40,457 bases of DNA from Methanobacteriota archaeon (GTDB taxonomy: Archaea; Halobacteriota; Methanosarcinia; Methanosarcinales; Methanogasteraceae), in NCBI GenBank assembly GCA_048634345.1, contig JAIWAP010000003.1, forward strand, positions 1-40,457, given 5' to 3'. The stretch's first letter is position 1. Each line of letters starts with the position of its first letter. Positions 11,216 through 20,820 of this stretch are shown here, one piece after another. The notes under the pieces were generated by a model. It was not told the DNA's origin and made no database searches. It saw nothing but the letters and a program-made list of their open reading frames with translations. Both the position numbers and the translations under genes were made by a program.

Positions 11216-12103
11216 ATGTTCAGAGAGCGTGTCTTCGCTGATGCGGCGTCCAGGTACGAAGATGCAGGCTTCGTGATATTCGGCGTGCCTTTCGATGCCA
11301 CTTCGTCCTTCCGGTACGGTAGCAGCGAGGCGCCCGATGTGATAAGAAAGGCAAGTTACAACTTTGAGACGTACAACGATTTTTTTGATGTCGATCTGAC
11401 CGATCTCTATATCCATGACCTCGGCGATCTCGATCTTGATACCCACACCGGGGATATGCTGCAGATGGTTTATGATGTCTCTGCGATGATTCTACGGGAC
11501 AGCAAGATCCCGATTGCACTTGGCGGAGAGCACACGCTGACTTATGGTTGTGTCCGGGCTTTTACAGAGGCGTTTGGAGATCCCGCCCCGGATTTCGGAG
11601 TGATCATCCTTGATGCACATCTCGATCTGCGCGACGAATATCTCGGCGCCAAACAGTCGCATGCATGTGTTTCAAGAAACATCATCGATGACCTGACTGA
11701 TAACTGCGTTCTAATCGGCGTGCGGAGCGGTTCGGCAGAGGAATACGCCCACGCAAAGGAAAGGGGGATTTTATGGCACTCTGCTGACGAGGTGGACGAC
11801 GCAGGGATAGAATCTGTGATTCGTGAAGCGCTCGACGCACTGTCTGGTCGCGGCTGCGAGCGGATTTATCTGTCCATCGATACCGATGTGATCGATCCCG
11901 CGTATGCACCCGGCGTTGGCAATCCTGAGCCGTTTGGGTTAAGCCCGCGGGACGTGCGTGCTGCAATACGGCTTGCCGCGCCATACGTGTGCGGTTTTGA
12001 CATTGCCGAGGTAAACCCGGGCTACGACCATGGGGAGAGTGCGATGCTTGGCGCACGGCTGGTGCGGGAGTTTATCGCGGCGAAGAGCGTTTGTACTTGT
12101 TAG
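11216..12103 (+). CDS. speB: Agmatinase (ureohydrolase family)
   Basis: GVPFDATSSFR.G, LGGEH, DAHLD, SIDTDVIDPAYAPGVG.PEP. Linkage of aIF5A with agmatinase is typical of archaea. Confidence 0.93.
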   Translation: MFRERVFADAASRYEDAGFVIFGVPFDATSSFRYGSSEAPDVIRKASYNFETYNDFFDVDLTDLYIHDLGDLDLDTHTGDMLQMVYDVSAMILRDSKIPIALGGEHTLTYGCVRAFTEAFGDPAPDFGVIILDAHLDLRDEYLGAKQSHACVSRNIIDDLTDNCVLIGVRSGSAEEYAHAKERGILWHSADEVDDAGIESVIREALDALSGRGCERIYLSIDTDVIDPAYAPGVGNPEPFGLSPRDVRAAIRLAAPYVCGFDIAEVNPGYDHGESAMLGARLVREFIAAKSVCTC

Positions 12104-12191
12104 TGCACGCCGACACGAGTTAGGGCATCATTGCAGGATACAGGGGTTAGGTACATATTGTTACTGATTCAGATGTAGACGTTGCATATCC

Positions 12192-13949
12192 ATGAGAATC
12201 GCAATACTGAACCAGGACCGGTGCCAGCCAGGAATGTGCTCGCTTGAGTGCATCAAATACTGCCCGCGTGTGCGGACAGGCGACGAAACCATCAAAATGG
12301 AGGGGAAAAAGCCGGTCATTTCGGAAGAACTCTGCATAGGATGCGGTATATGCATCAAAAAGTGTCCATTCGGGGCTATTAAGATTATATCACTCCCTGA
12401 GTCCCTGACCGAGCCATCGCACAGATATGGCGCCAACGGTTTTGTGTTATACGGCATGCCGATACCGCAGCAGGGTAAGGTGGTCGGAATACTCGGTCCA
12501 AACGGGATCGGGAAAACAACTGCGGTCCAGATCCTATCCGGGAATCTGAAGCCGAATCTTGGAGTTGATGCTGATTGGGACGATATTTTCAAGTATTATG
12601 CCGGTTCTTCGCTTCAAGATTATCTGATAAAAATATCCCGGAATGAAATCAAATTGTCTCAGAAACCACAGTATGTGGATCGGATTCCCGGAGCGTTTAG
12701 CGGCGATGTATCAGAATTGCTTGGAAGGGTGGACGAGCGGGGAGAACTCGACAACCTGATCTTAAAACTCGATATCAAACATATCCTGCACCGTGATCTG
12801 GGAGATCTCAGCGGCGGCGAGCTCCAGCGCATCGCAATCGCGGCGTGTGCAGCCAGGGATGCCGATTTCTATTTCTTTGACGAGATAAGCCCGTATCTCG
12901 ACATTCACCAGCGCATCCGCGCGGCGGTCATGATCCGGGAGCTTGCAGCGCACAGCGCCGTGCTGGTCGTTGAGCACGATCTTGCAATCCTTGATCTGCT
13001 TGCTGATGTCGTGCATGTCGGGTACGGTGAACCGGGCGGGTTTGGCGTGATCACGCACCCGAAAGGCGTGCGGCAGGCGATCAACCAGTATCTGCGCGGG
13101 TTTCTGCCAGAGGAGAACGTGCGGATCAGACCAAGCCAGATCGATTTCGAGGTACATGCGCCGAGATCGGCGAAGGATATTCCGGTGCTCTTTAAGTTTT
13201 CAGGATTTACGAAAGCGTATGACGTGTTTTCACTTGACGTGGCTGGTGGCGAGATGCATGTTGGCGAGGTCGTCGGCGCAGTAGGTCCGAACGGGATCGG
13301 CAAGAGTACGTTTGCAAAACTGCTCGCGGGGGTGACCCAGCCGACAACCGGGGAGGTGTCCGCCGATATCAAGATTTCATACAAGCCGCAGTACGTAAAA
13401 CCGGATTCTGATCTCCGTGTCCACGATTTCCTCAGAATCATCACGCGCAAGGTCGATACCAGTTATTACGAGACAGAGATCGCAGGTCCGCTCCAGCTCA
13501 AATACCTGATGGAACGAGAGATATCAGCCTTAAGCGGCGGAGAACTCCAGCGGGTCGCAATCGCCGCATGTCTCTCAAGGGATGCTGACCTGTACATCCT
13601 GGATGAGCCGTCCGCGCACCTCGATGTCGAGCAGCGGGTCTCTGCGTGTACCGCGATCAGGCGGTTTGCCGAGAACAGGCATGTGACCGCGATCGTGATC
13701 GATCACGACATCTACATGGTCGATCTCCTGAGTGACCGGCTGCTGGTCTTTGAAGGGGAGCCTGCCGTGCACGGTGAGGTCTTCGGACCCTTTGACCTGC
13801 GCGAGGGGATGAACAGGTTCCTTGCGAATTTGAACATCACATTCAGACGAGATGAGGAGACAAAGCGACCAAGGATCAATGAACTTGGATCGCGGCTTGA
13901 TCGGGAACAGAAAGCAAGCGGGGAGTATTATTACGCGGCGGTTGAGTGA
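12192..13949 (+). CDS. rli: Ribosome recycling ATPase ABCE1 (RLI)
   Basis: N-terminal Fe-S cysteines (CQPGMCSLECIKYCP; CIGCGICIKKCP), two GPNGIGK P-loops, two LSGGELQR signatures, and C-terminal GEYYY. Confidence 0.97.
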   Translation: MRIAILNQDRCQPGMCSLECIKYCPRVRTGDETIKMEGKKPVISEELCIGCGICIKKCPFGAIKIISLPESLTEPSHRYGANGFVLYGMPIPQQGKVVGILGPNGIGKTTAVQILSGNLKPNLGVDADWDDIFKYYAGSSLQDYLIKISRNEIKLSQKPQYVDRIPGAFSGDVSELLGRVDERGELDNLILKLDIKHILHRDLGDLSGGELQRIAIAACAARDADFYFFDEISPYLDIHQRIRAAVMIRELAAHSAVLVVEHDLAILDLLADVVHVGYGEPGGFGVITHPKGVRQAINQYLRGFLPEENVRIRPSQIDFEVHAPRSAKDIPVLFKFSGFTKAYDVFSLDVAGGEMHVGEVVGAVGPNGIGKSTFAKLLAGVTQPTTGEVSADIKISYKPQYVKPDSDLRVHDFLRIITRKVDTSYYETEIAGPLQLKYLMEREISALSGGELQRVAIAACLSRDADLYILDEPSAHLDVEQRVSACTAIRRFAENRHVTAIVIDHDIYMVDLLSDRLLVFEGEPAVHGEVFGPFDLREGMNRFLANLNITFRRDEETKRPRINELGSRLDREQKASGEYYYAAVE

Positions 13950-14005
13950 CGCGTTCGTACATGCTGGAGATAAGTGTCAGAGAGACTGATACGTCGTGAG
14001 TTCCC

Positions 14006-14962
14006 TTAGTCCACTTCGATTCTGCAATGAACCGCAAAATGGTCGGACGCCTTCCATGCATCCCTGCTGCCTGACGCGATCATCCCTGAATCCATGACAT
14101 ACCTGACCGGACTATCCGGTTGCAGCATATCCTGCGAGACAAGGATGTGATCGAGCCAGACGCGGTGCCGGTAGCCCATCTGGTGCTTCACGATCGGATC
14201 TGGAAAATCAACCGTCCACAGCTTCTTCTTCAGACTTGAATCCTTTGACATCCACCACAGCGTGTTGTGAAATATCCTGTCAGGATCATAGACCGATCCC
14301 ATGACCGTCTCAACAAAGCTCCGCCCGACCATCATCTCGAACGGATCCATCCCTGGACCATCGTTCATATCCCCCATCACCATGACCGGAACCGGGTCAG
14401 GTTCCAGGGTCAGTTGATCCAGACGCTCCCTGAGCTTGATCGCCTGTCCGAGAAGGCGTTTTCGGTTCGCAAGCGAGATCTTCTGGAAATTGTACAGATC
14501 AACCACCGAAAAGACCCCTTTGGACTTTGCATGTACCATGATGAGCCGGATCCTCTGCCCGCCTGCGCCGATCTCAAATACCGCCTCAAGAGGCTTTCGT
14601 TCCCATTTGTGCACCTCTTTCAAGCCGTCGTTCTCGATGTCAGCCTCCCACGGCTCATAGAACGAGAACGCATCATCAACGGCAACGAGACGGAATGGCT
14701 CCCGGTAATAGAAGACAAGGTTCTGCCCGCCCCGGCTGACCCCGCAGGCAAGCTGGTAGCCGGGCAGATAATTCTCGATGAAGAAGCTGTGCTCCGCAGG
14801 GGCGTTTGCAGCCTCGCATATCCCGAGCACGTGCGGATTTACCTTCCTGATCACCGATGCGATCTTCTGTGCCCGTGCTTCATCCTCTGGCTTGATGACA
14901 TTATTCTGAAACATCCGGTTCATGTGCTCGATGTTGTACGACATGACGGTATATTCAGTCAT
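14006..14962 (-). CDS. Endonuclease/exonuclease/phosphatase (EEP) family protein
   Basis: VMSYNIE, VLGICE, MVHAKS, VMGDMND, WLDHILVS and ASDHFAV are the canonical EEP motifs. Confidence 0.9.
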   Translation of the reverse strand: MTEYTVMSYNIEHMNRMFQNNVIKPEDEARAQKIASVIRKVNPHVLGICEAANAPAEHSFFIENYLPGYQLACGVSRGGQNLVFYYREPFRLVAVDDAFSFYEPWEADIENDGLKEVHKWERKPLEAVFEIGAGGQRIRLIMVHAKSKGVFSVVDLYNFQKISLANRKRLLGQAIKLRERLDQLTLEPDPVPVMVMGDMNDGPGMDPFEMMVGRSFVETVMGSVYDPDRIFHNTLWWMSKDSSLKKKLWTVDFPDPIVKHQMGYRHRVWLDHILVSQDMLQPDSPVRYVMDSGMIASGSRDAWKASDHFAVHCRIEVD

Positions 14963-14989
14963 TTTCCATCCTGTGCCAGATATTATAGT

Positions 14990-16180
14990 TCAGAAGTCGG
15001 TCATCACTCTGAACTGGTCGATCTCATCTTTTGCAAGCCCTTTTATGAACGTCTCGGCGGTCTGATACACGTCCTTCGCATTCGTGATCGCACGCCCGAC
15101 CACGAGAATATCGGCTCCCGCACCAAGGGCATCGTTAATATTGTCCACCCGGACGCCGCCTGCAACCGCGATCAACATCTTTGTGGAGCGCTTCTCTGCA
15201 AGCGCCTTGATCTCAGGGATGCTGCCCCACTGGTATTCGGTCTCTTCGACATCGATTGCGCGGTGCAGTTCCACGACATCAGGAAGTGCTTTTAACTTTC
15301 TTAGCATCGGCATCGGGTCGGGCAGGTTCAGGGTGTCGATCACTGCATAGATCCCGGTCTTGTGCGCTTCCTCAATCACTTTGTCGATTGTCGAGATAGG
15401 TGCAAGCGCAGATACCACAACCGCGTCGGCGGTCGCATCAGCAACCATGCGCGCTTCGAGATTGCCGGTGTCAAGCGTCTTTAAATCGGCAACGATGAAC
15501 GCATTCGGCGCAACCTCCCGTATCTTTGTGATCACATCGACGCCGTACCGCTTGATCAGCGGGGTGCCAGCCTCAAGGATGAGATGATCGCTATCTGGCA
15601 GCGACTTTATGACCCCGCGTATCTGATCGATGTCCGGATTATCGAGAGCGACCTGGAGATATGGCGGATCCCACAGACGTGAAATCTTGAAGCCCATAAT
15701 CGCATGTGTGCCACGATCCTTCTCTTTGAGCACCGTATCGATTCCCGGAAACCCGCTCATCGCACGTTCGAGTGCCAGTTTCGTTGCTCCGTAGTTATAC
15801 CGGTATATCCGGTTGTAATCCGCAGCTTGCGGGTGGATGAAGACGCTTGCGACGATCACAAGTTCTTCGGTCCGTTCTTTCGGGATGATTCCCGCCTCGA
15901 CCGCATCTGCGATCGCCTTTGCAACAGCAGCCTGCGCAGGACCAAAGATGAGCGCAGCCTGATCCATATTCTTCACCGTCACCTTTGGCACGATCAGGGT
16001 TGCCGGTTTTGTGAGCAGATTCGGGCGGATGACTGAGAGCAGGGGCGTGTGCCCCTCTGACATCTGGGTCATCCCGGTTGCGAACGCCTGCCCGACCGGA
16101 CCGTCTTTGTCCCCGATCATCAGGTCAACGTGTGCGAGTTCTGGCGCCTCGCCGATTAGAGCTTCTCCGATTGATATCAA
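14990..16180 (-). CDS. fae-hps: Bifunctional formaldehyde-activating enzyme / 3-hexulose-6-phosphate synthase
   Basis: Fae part: [23 protein letters not shown]...[15 protein letters not shown] part: [37 protein letters not shown] start with a GAGGT SD. Confidence 0.95.
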   Translation of the reverse strand: MISIGEALIGEAPELAHVDLMIGDKDGPVGQAFATGMTQMSEGHTPLLSVIRPNLLTKPATLIVPKVTVKNMDQAALIFGPAQAAVAKAIADAVEAGIIPKERTEELVIVASVFIHPQAADYNRIYRYNYGATKLALERAMSGFPGIDTVLKEKDRGTHAIMGFKISRLWDPPYLQVALDNPDIDQIRGVIKSLPDSDHLILEAGTPLIKRYGVDVITKIREVAPNAFIVADLKTLDTGNLEARMVADATADAVVVSALAPISTIDKVIEEAHKTGIYAVIDTLNLPDPMPMLRKLKALPDVVELHRAIDVEETEYQWGSIPEIKALAEKRSTKMLIAVAGGVRVDNINDALGAGADILVVGRAITNAKDVYQTAETFIKGLAKDEIDQFRVMTDF

Positions 16181-16290
16181 GTGATTACCTCGCGTTTATT
16201 GGTAGTGGTTATGGTTCGGGCATCACATAATTACTTTGGTTCGCGCAGTAATTGTATATGGCATCTGAATGAACATCCATGAAGATGGGA

Positions 16291-16386
16291 ATGAAAAACA
16301 TGCACATAACTAAAAAGACTCAAGAACGGCTTATTATCAAACACTACCCGTCGATAGTGTTTTTAACGCTTGGAGGTTGTATCTGA
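16291..16386 (+). pseudogene. N-terminal remnant of an unknown, probably membrane, protein, cut at the MITE left end
   Basis: MKNMHITKKTQERLIIKHYPSIVFLTLGGCI* runs into a hydrophobic stretch and stops on a TGA supplied by the MITE TIR at 16384-16386. Confidence 0.4.
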
Positions 16387-16636
16387 CATCCCGCACGTGT
16401 TTGTGCAAAAAGATCTATTTTTGCAAATGGTGAATAGTGGCTACTGATTGTGATTTTTGGTTTTTGAAGATAATCACTTTATTAAAATACATATTTTTTA
16501 CATAAACATGTAAAGCATCCTCTGTTGAAATTGGGTAGGTTGTGCCACTACAGTATAAAAATAATATTTTTTGGATATTTAAAAACGTTACCAGTAGAAA
16601 TTATGTAAAAATAGATGGCGACCTGCGGAATGTGAG
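16383..16636. mobile_element. 254-bp non-autonomous MITE with imperfect 16-bp terminal inverted repeats (IS1634-like ends)
   Basis: Left end ctgacatcccgcacgt (16383-16398) matches the reverse complement of right end acctgcggaatgtgag (16621-16636), i.e. ctcacattccgcaggt, at 13/16. The interior is AT-rich and non-coding. The IS1634 assignment is from memory of IS1634 termini. Confidence 0.7.
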
Positions 16637-16809
16637 TTTAATCCACTCCCGAAGCCGAAGATATATCACTCGCTATACAACCTGAACCCGTAGAGGATGT
16701 GCTTGGAAAGCCGGATGAGGGAAATCTTCACGTCCGGTTCTGTGAGGGGGTTCATAGTAACCTCAAACCCGCGAATGTGGTGAGAGGTGCGCTATGAGCT
16801 CTACTCGAT
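16637..16809 (+). mobile_element. Group II intron 3' fragment (end of maturase, domain V, domain VI), copy 1
   Basis: FNPLPKPKIYHSLYNLNP*. DV is AAGCCGGATGAGGGAAATCTTCACGTCCGGTTC (16708-16740) with the AGC triad. DVI is a stem with a bulged A ending ...ctactcgAT. Confidence 0.9.
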
Positions 16810-16838
16810 ATTTTAACAGATTATTTTCTGGCACGCCC

Positions 16839-17627
16839 TTAGCTCATCTTCAGTTCGTGCAACTCATATTCCAAGCCCTCGGCGTCCAGCCGTCTGAGCA
16901 GCGAAGGCAGTTCATCGTCCACTGAAACCACGAAAGACGACATGCCATGCCACGCTGCTTCAATCACCGCCTCCTTTGCACCAAACATAACATCTGCATC
17001 GATCCCGATATTTTTAAGAGATATTAACGCCTCCACGCCCACCGCAACGATCAAATTATTGCCTTCTGCAAGTTTTTTGAGCCGCGGGTAATTGACGGCA
17101 GCAGAACCCCCGCGATTAACCTTTGGCACCTTCCCGATCGTGATTTTCACAGCCGGAAGCTCGATGATCCCTTTCATATTGGTAACGCCCACATCTTTGC
17201 CCATGGGCACATCAGCGAGGATCTCGCCTGTCGCGCTCGCTTCGTGTGTTGTGGATGCATATAGCAATCCGTCATGCATATACAGAAAGACGCTGGTGCC
17301 TGCCTGCAACGGTTCATCTGCGATTGCAGTCCAGACTGTAACCTGGCTGACAACCTCGTCAAGTATGAACCCGGTATACCGTTTAAGTGCGAGCGCGTTC
17401 TCGGTTATCCATTCGATTCCTTTTGCAGTCACCTTGTACCTGACACGCCCGTCGCTGTACACGAAACCTTGATTCGCCAGTTCCTTGAGGTATTCGGAGA
17501 CTGCCTGCGGCGTAACTCCAAGCGTGTGAGCAATCTCGCTCTGGCGCACATTTGGCTGATGCGCCGCAATCTCCACAAGAATCTGGAACTTTGTTGTATC
17601 GCGTTTGCTTTGAATGATGAGTGCCAT
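16839..17627 (-). CDS. Winged-helix transcriptional regulator (archaeal COG1497-like)
   Basis: N-terminal wHTH TKFQILVEIAAHQPNVRQSEIAHTLGVTPQAVSEYLKEL...GRVRYKVT, followed by a conserved archaeal C-terminal domain. Confidence 0.85.
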   Translation of the reverse strand: MALIIQSKRDTTKFQILVEIAAHQPNVRQSEIAHTLGVTPQAVSEYLKELANQGFVYSDGRVRYKVTAKGIEWITENALALKRYTGFILDEVVSQVTVWTAIADEPLQAGTSVFLYMHDGLLYASTTHEASATGEILADVPMGKDVGVTNMKGIIELPAVKITIGKVPKVNRGGSAAVNYPRLKKLAEGNNLIVAVGVEALISLKNIGIDADVMFGAKEAVIEAAWHGMSSFVVSVDDELPSLLRRLDAEGLEYELHELKMS

Positions 17628-17726
17628 ATCGGTAAATCATATAGTCTATATTTAATATAAACTTTTTGGTCGATTGTTTTGAGTGTTATTTTGTCGAAAT
17701 ATACTTGCGCGGTATATCATCCCTGT

Positions 17727-17758
17727 AAATTGTGGATAAAATCGGTGTAAATCGGTGT
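17727..17758. repeat. 32-bp dispersed intergenic repeat, copy 2
   Basis: 29/32 identical to 8698-8729; contains tandem aaatcggtgt units. Confidence 0.8.
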
Positions 17759-18013
17759 ATACTTCGCACCGCCACAAACTGAGCTTTTTTGCAAATGTGT
17801 CAGTGGGATGTGTTGACACACGCGAAAGACGTGACGATAGAGATGACACCCTTCGCGTCTCTCTCGCCTTTCTCGTTAAATCGAGAACGCAAAGACGCGA
17901 GGGCGCAAGGACGAGAAAGATCGGATAAACCTCTTGGTTGGCTATCATGTTGTATGTGCCCCGGTCTTGTGTATTCATGGTCAAATTGGCAATTACAAAA
18001 GTCGCAGTTTATG

Positions 18014-18664
18014 CCGGTGATGAGTATATATCTTCACTATGCGCTGGACACGTGGTTCGAGACTGAAGTACTGCCACAGCTAACTGGTTTCGCCCGGCTT
18101 GTTCGATATGCGGATGACTTCGTTGTCTGTTTCGAAAACGAGGAAGAAGCCAGAGTATTCGGAGATGAGCTGAGGCGGCGAATGGGTGAGTTCGGACTCA
18201 CGATATCTGAAGAAAAGAGTAAGATCGTCGAGTTCGGACGATGCGCATGTACGAGAGCGAAGCGATATGGCTGGAAATGCGAGACCTTCGACTTTCTCGG
18301 CTTCACGCACTTCTGCGATAAAACCCGAAGAGGCAAATTCAAGCTTGGGCGGAAAACGTCTCGCAAGAAGTTCAGACAGAAGATGGTGGATATGAATATA
18401 TGGCTGAAGCGTATCCGGAATCTTGCTGAACTGAAAGAATGGTGGAATGCACTGGGACTAAAGTTGGTCGGACACTACCGCTACTATGGAATGAGCGGGA
18501 ACATACGATCGCTACAGAACTTCTACCATCATGTCGTGAGACTCGCCTTTAAATGGATAAACAGGCGCAGCCAGAAGAAAAGCTACAACTAATATCAGTT
18601 TCATCGTTTTCTCCAATTTAATCCACTCCCGAAGCCGAAGATATATCACTCGCTATACACCTGA
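18014..18664 (+). pseudogene. ltrA: Group II intron reverse transcriptase/maturase remnant, no endonuclease domain
   Basis: RT0-3 are missing. An in-frame TAA at 18590-18592 interrupts KSYN*YQFHRFLQFNPLPKPKIYHSLY. There is also a 1-nt deletion relative to copy 1 near 18659. Confidence 0.85.
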
Positions 18665-18789
18665 GTCTGTAGAGGATGTGCTTGGAAAGCCGGATCTGGG
18701 GAAATCTTCAAGTCCGGTTCTGTGAGGGGGCTCATAGTAACCTCAAACCCACGAATGTGGTGCGAGGTGCGCTATGAGTCCTACTTGAC
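18014..18789 (+). mobile_element. 5'-truncated group II intron (RT domains 4-7, maturase X, DV, DVI), copy 2
   Basis: IYLHYALDTWF, LVRYADDFVV, FDFLGF, and domain X (GHYRYYG...KWINRRSQKK). DV/DVI lie at 18688-18789 and end ...ctacttgAC. The 173-nt segment 18617-18789 is near-identical to 16637-16809. Confidence 0.92.
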
Positions 18790-19244
18790 ATGCTAAACCG
18801 GAATAAATTAGTGGCATTCGCCCATTCGTGAAATTCGTGATAAAAACTGTTAGAAATAGACCAAATTCTCGACAAACTCCTCGAAACCAGAGTAGAGCGA
18901 GTTTTGGTAAATACCCGATATGGCTGGTCGTTTGTTCACCACAACGCGAGATATCAGAGAGCCGTAAATTCTACATCCATAATTCTTATCCCGCACTATG
19001 TAAAAATCCAGTGATATTTAAACTTTTCATCCACTTTACTTGCCGATCTCACCGCTTTTTGCATGCCTTCACTTGTGGCATCGTGGTGTTTCGTTGCCTG
19101 TGGTGAAGGTGGTTGTCACCAACAATGTGGAAAATGGCTTCATCGCCCTCGTCATCCATCACATTTGGATTACGTACCTTGATTTGACTTTTATCATTTA
19201 AATCTTCTGTGGTCTGGCGGCTGCCCCTCCCCCTCCCGCGTTCC

Positions 19245-20312
19245 TCACGCTTTTATCAGGTGGACTGCGGTTGCCTTAAACGATACTACTACCCCCGAAC
19301 CAACACCGAGTCCGAGCTCTTCTGCCGATCGTTTCGTTATCAGGACCATGAGCGGAAAACCGCAATCGATCCTGAGGCGAACCATCGCGCCAAACGGCGT
19401 GATCCGGGTGACTTTGCCGGCAAAGCAGTTCCGCGCACTGCTCTTCCGGTCCGGATCATTGTCCGGTGCGATCGTGACATCCTCCGGGCGAAGGCAGATG
19501 CGGACCACGTCGCCTTCGGGGTAACCCGACACCGCATCGATCATGCATCCGCCGCCTGCATCAATGGTCGCAAGATCGTTTGTGTTTGACACGACCCTGC
19601 CATCAAGGATGTTCTCGACGCCCACGAAGCTTGCGACCTCATCCGAAACCGGCTTGCTGAAGACCTCCTCCGGCGTTCCTGTCTGCACGATTATGCCGCC
19701 TATCATCACGCCGATGCGATCCGCAAGCATCATCGCCTCGGTCTGGTCGTGGGTGACATGGATCGTGGTCAGCCCTGCCTCGTGGTGGATCTGCTTGAGT
19801 TCATCCCGTAGCATGTTCTGCGTCCGGTTGTCAAGCGCACTAAGCGGCTCGTCAAGGAGGAGCGTTCGCGGCTTTGCCACGACCGCCCGCGCAAGCGCGA
19901 CCCGCTGCTGCTCTCCGCCAGAGAGCGTGATCGAATAACGATGCGCCAGATGCGATATGCCAAGAAGTTCCATGATTTCATTTACTTTCTGCTTTCGCTT
20001 GCCGGTGGGGATTTTTTCGAGTTTTAAGCTGAATTCTATGTTTTCTTCCACGTTTAAATGCGGAAAGAGCGAGTAATCCTGATAAACAAATCCAACGTTC
20101 CTTTGTTCTGGCGGAAGGTTGGTGACGTCCATCTCATCGATCATGATGCTGCCACCATCCGGGTAATAAAAACCCGCGATCAATTCGAGCAGCAGCGTCT
20201 TTCCGGAGGCTGTCGGTCCCAAAATTACAAAATACTCGCCTTTTTTGACGTGCAGATCAATGCGGAGCGAGAATTCCTTCCAGTCTCTGGATAAGTCTTT
20301 GATCTCGATCAT
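19245..20312 (-). CDS. wtpC: Tungstate/molybdate ABC transporter ATP-binding subunit with C-terminal TOBE domains
   Basis: GPTASGKT, LSGGEQQRVALARA, LLLDEP, HVTHD, and TOBE motif SSARNCFAGKV...ITKRSAEELGL...SFKATAVH. Start placed at MIEIKDLS (20312). Confidence 0.85.
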   Translation of the reverse strand: MIEIKDLSRDWKEFSLRIDLHVKKGEYFVILGPTASGKTLLLELIAGFYYPDGGSIMIDEMDVTNLPPEQRNVGFVYQDYSLFPHLNVEENIEFSLKLEKIPTGKRKQKVNEIMELLGISHLAHRYSITLSGGEQQRVALARAVVAKPRTLLLDEPLSALDNRTQNMLRDELKQIHHEAGLTTIHVTHDQTEAMMLADRIGVMIGGIIVQTGTPEEVFSKPVSDEVASFVGVENILDGRVVSNTNDLATIDAGGGCMIDAVSGYPEGDVVRICLRPEDVTIAPDNDPDRKSSARNCFAGKVTRITPFGAMVRLRIDCGFPLMVLITKRSAEELGLGVGSGVVVSFKATAVHLIKA

Positions 20313-20393
20313 TGTCTCGAATTTGCGTTTTCTGATATTTCCGATATTCTTTGCCGGGGCACACTTGCATGGTTTGCCTGCTGCCGCCAACTT

Positions 20394-20819
20394 TTAACTT
20401 TCAAACCTTAAACCCGGGATCAACTCGCCAACCGTAGATATCTTCTGCTGCGACCTGCTCACCTTCGCAGACACAGGTTTGCTTCCAAGAATATTCAGCC
20501 ACACGCTCACAGGCATGTATCCGACTCCTGGGTGCCCTTCATTTGCCCCGGTGTCATGCTTCGCGTCCCGCTCTGATTTCTTCGCCAGAGCGACAACGGT
20601 GCCGTATTCGCTGCTTATCTTCACAGGATCGCCGTCGCCGGCATCAATTTTCTTCAAATCAGCCGGATCGAGCAGGATAACTGCGGACAAGTCCTGATAC
20701 TCCTTGCTGAACTTCCCGTGTTTCAGTTCTGCCTCGGTCTGGAAGATGTCATGATATCCGACGATCGCAATTTTGCGTTCAGGCGCGGCAAGAAACTGAT
20801 CGATCTTGATCCCTGACAT
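20394..20819 (-). CDS. FwdD/FmdD-like molybdopterin-dinucleotide-binding domain protein (divergent)
   Basis: HDIFQ...AVILLDPADLKKI..GDGDPVKISSEYGTVVA...HPGVGYMP..WLN. Coupled to the fwdB-like gene. Confidence 0.8.
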   Translation of the reverse strand: MSGIKIDQFLAAPERKIAIVGYHDIFQTEAELKHGKFSKEYQDLSAVILLDPADLKKIDAGDGDPVKISSEYGTVVALAKKSERDAKHDTGANEGHPGVGYMPVSVWLNILGSKPVSAKVSRSQQKISTVGELIPGLRFES

Positions 20820-20820
20820 A

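Noticed and set aside
14267-15295. Long antisense ORFs (14267-15295, 25342-26250, 28266-29024, 5476-6120, 2445-3065 and similar)
   Set aside because: They overlap well-supported genes on the opposite strand and have no recognisable motifs, as expected for shadow ORFs.
16440-16620. AT-rich tract with ORB-like words (ccagtagaaa, tctgttgaaa) as a replication origin
   Set aside because: The matches are poor and lack G-strings, the tract lies inside the TIR-bounded MITE, and it is about 6 kb from cdc6. No ORBs flank cdc6 itself.
17789-18592. RT ORF as a retron, DGR, CRISPR-associated or defence RT
   Set aside because: Domain X plus adjacent DV/DVI identify a group II intron. The first ~75 aa of the called ORF are translated repeat DNA. 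There is no TR/VR pair with A-specific mismatches, no avd and no msr/msd.
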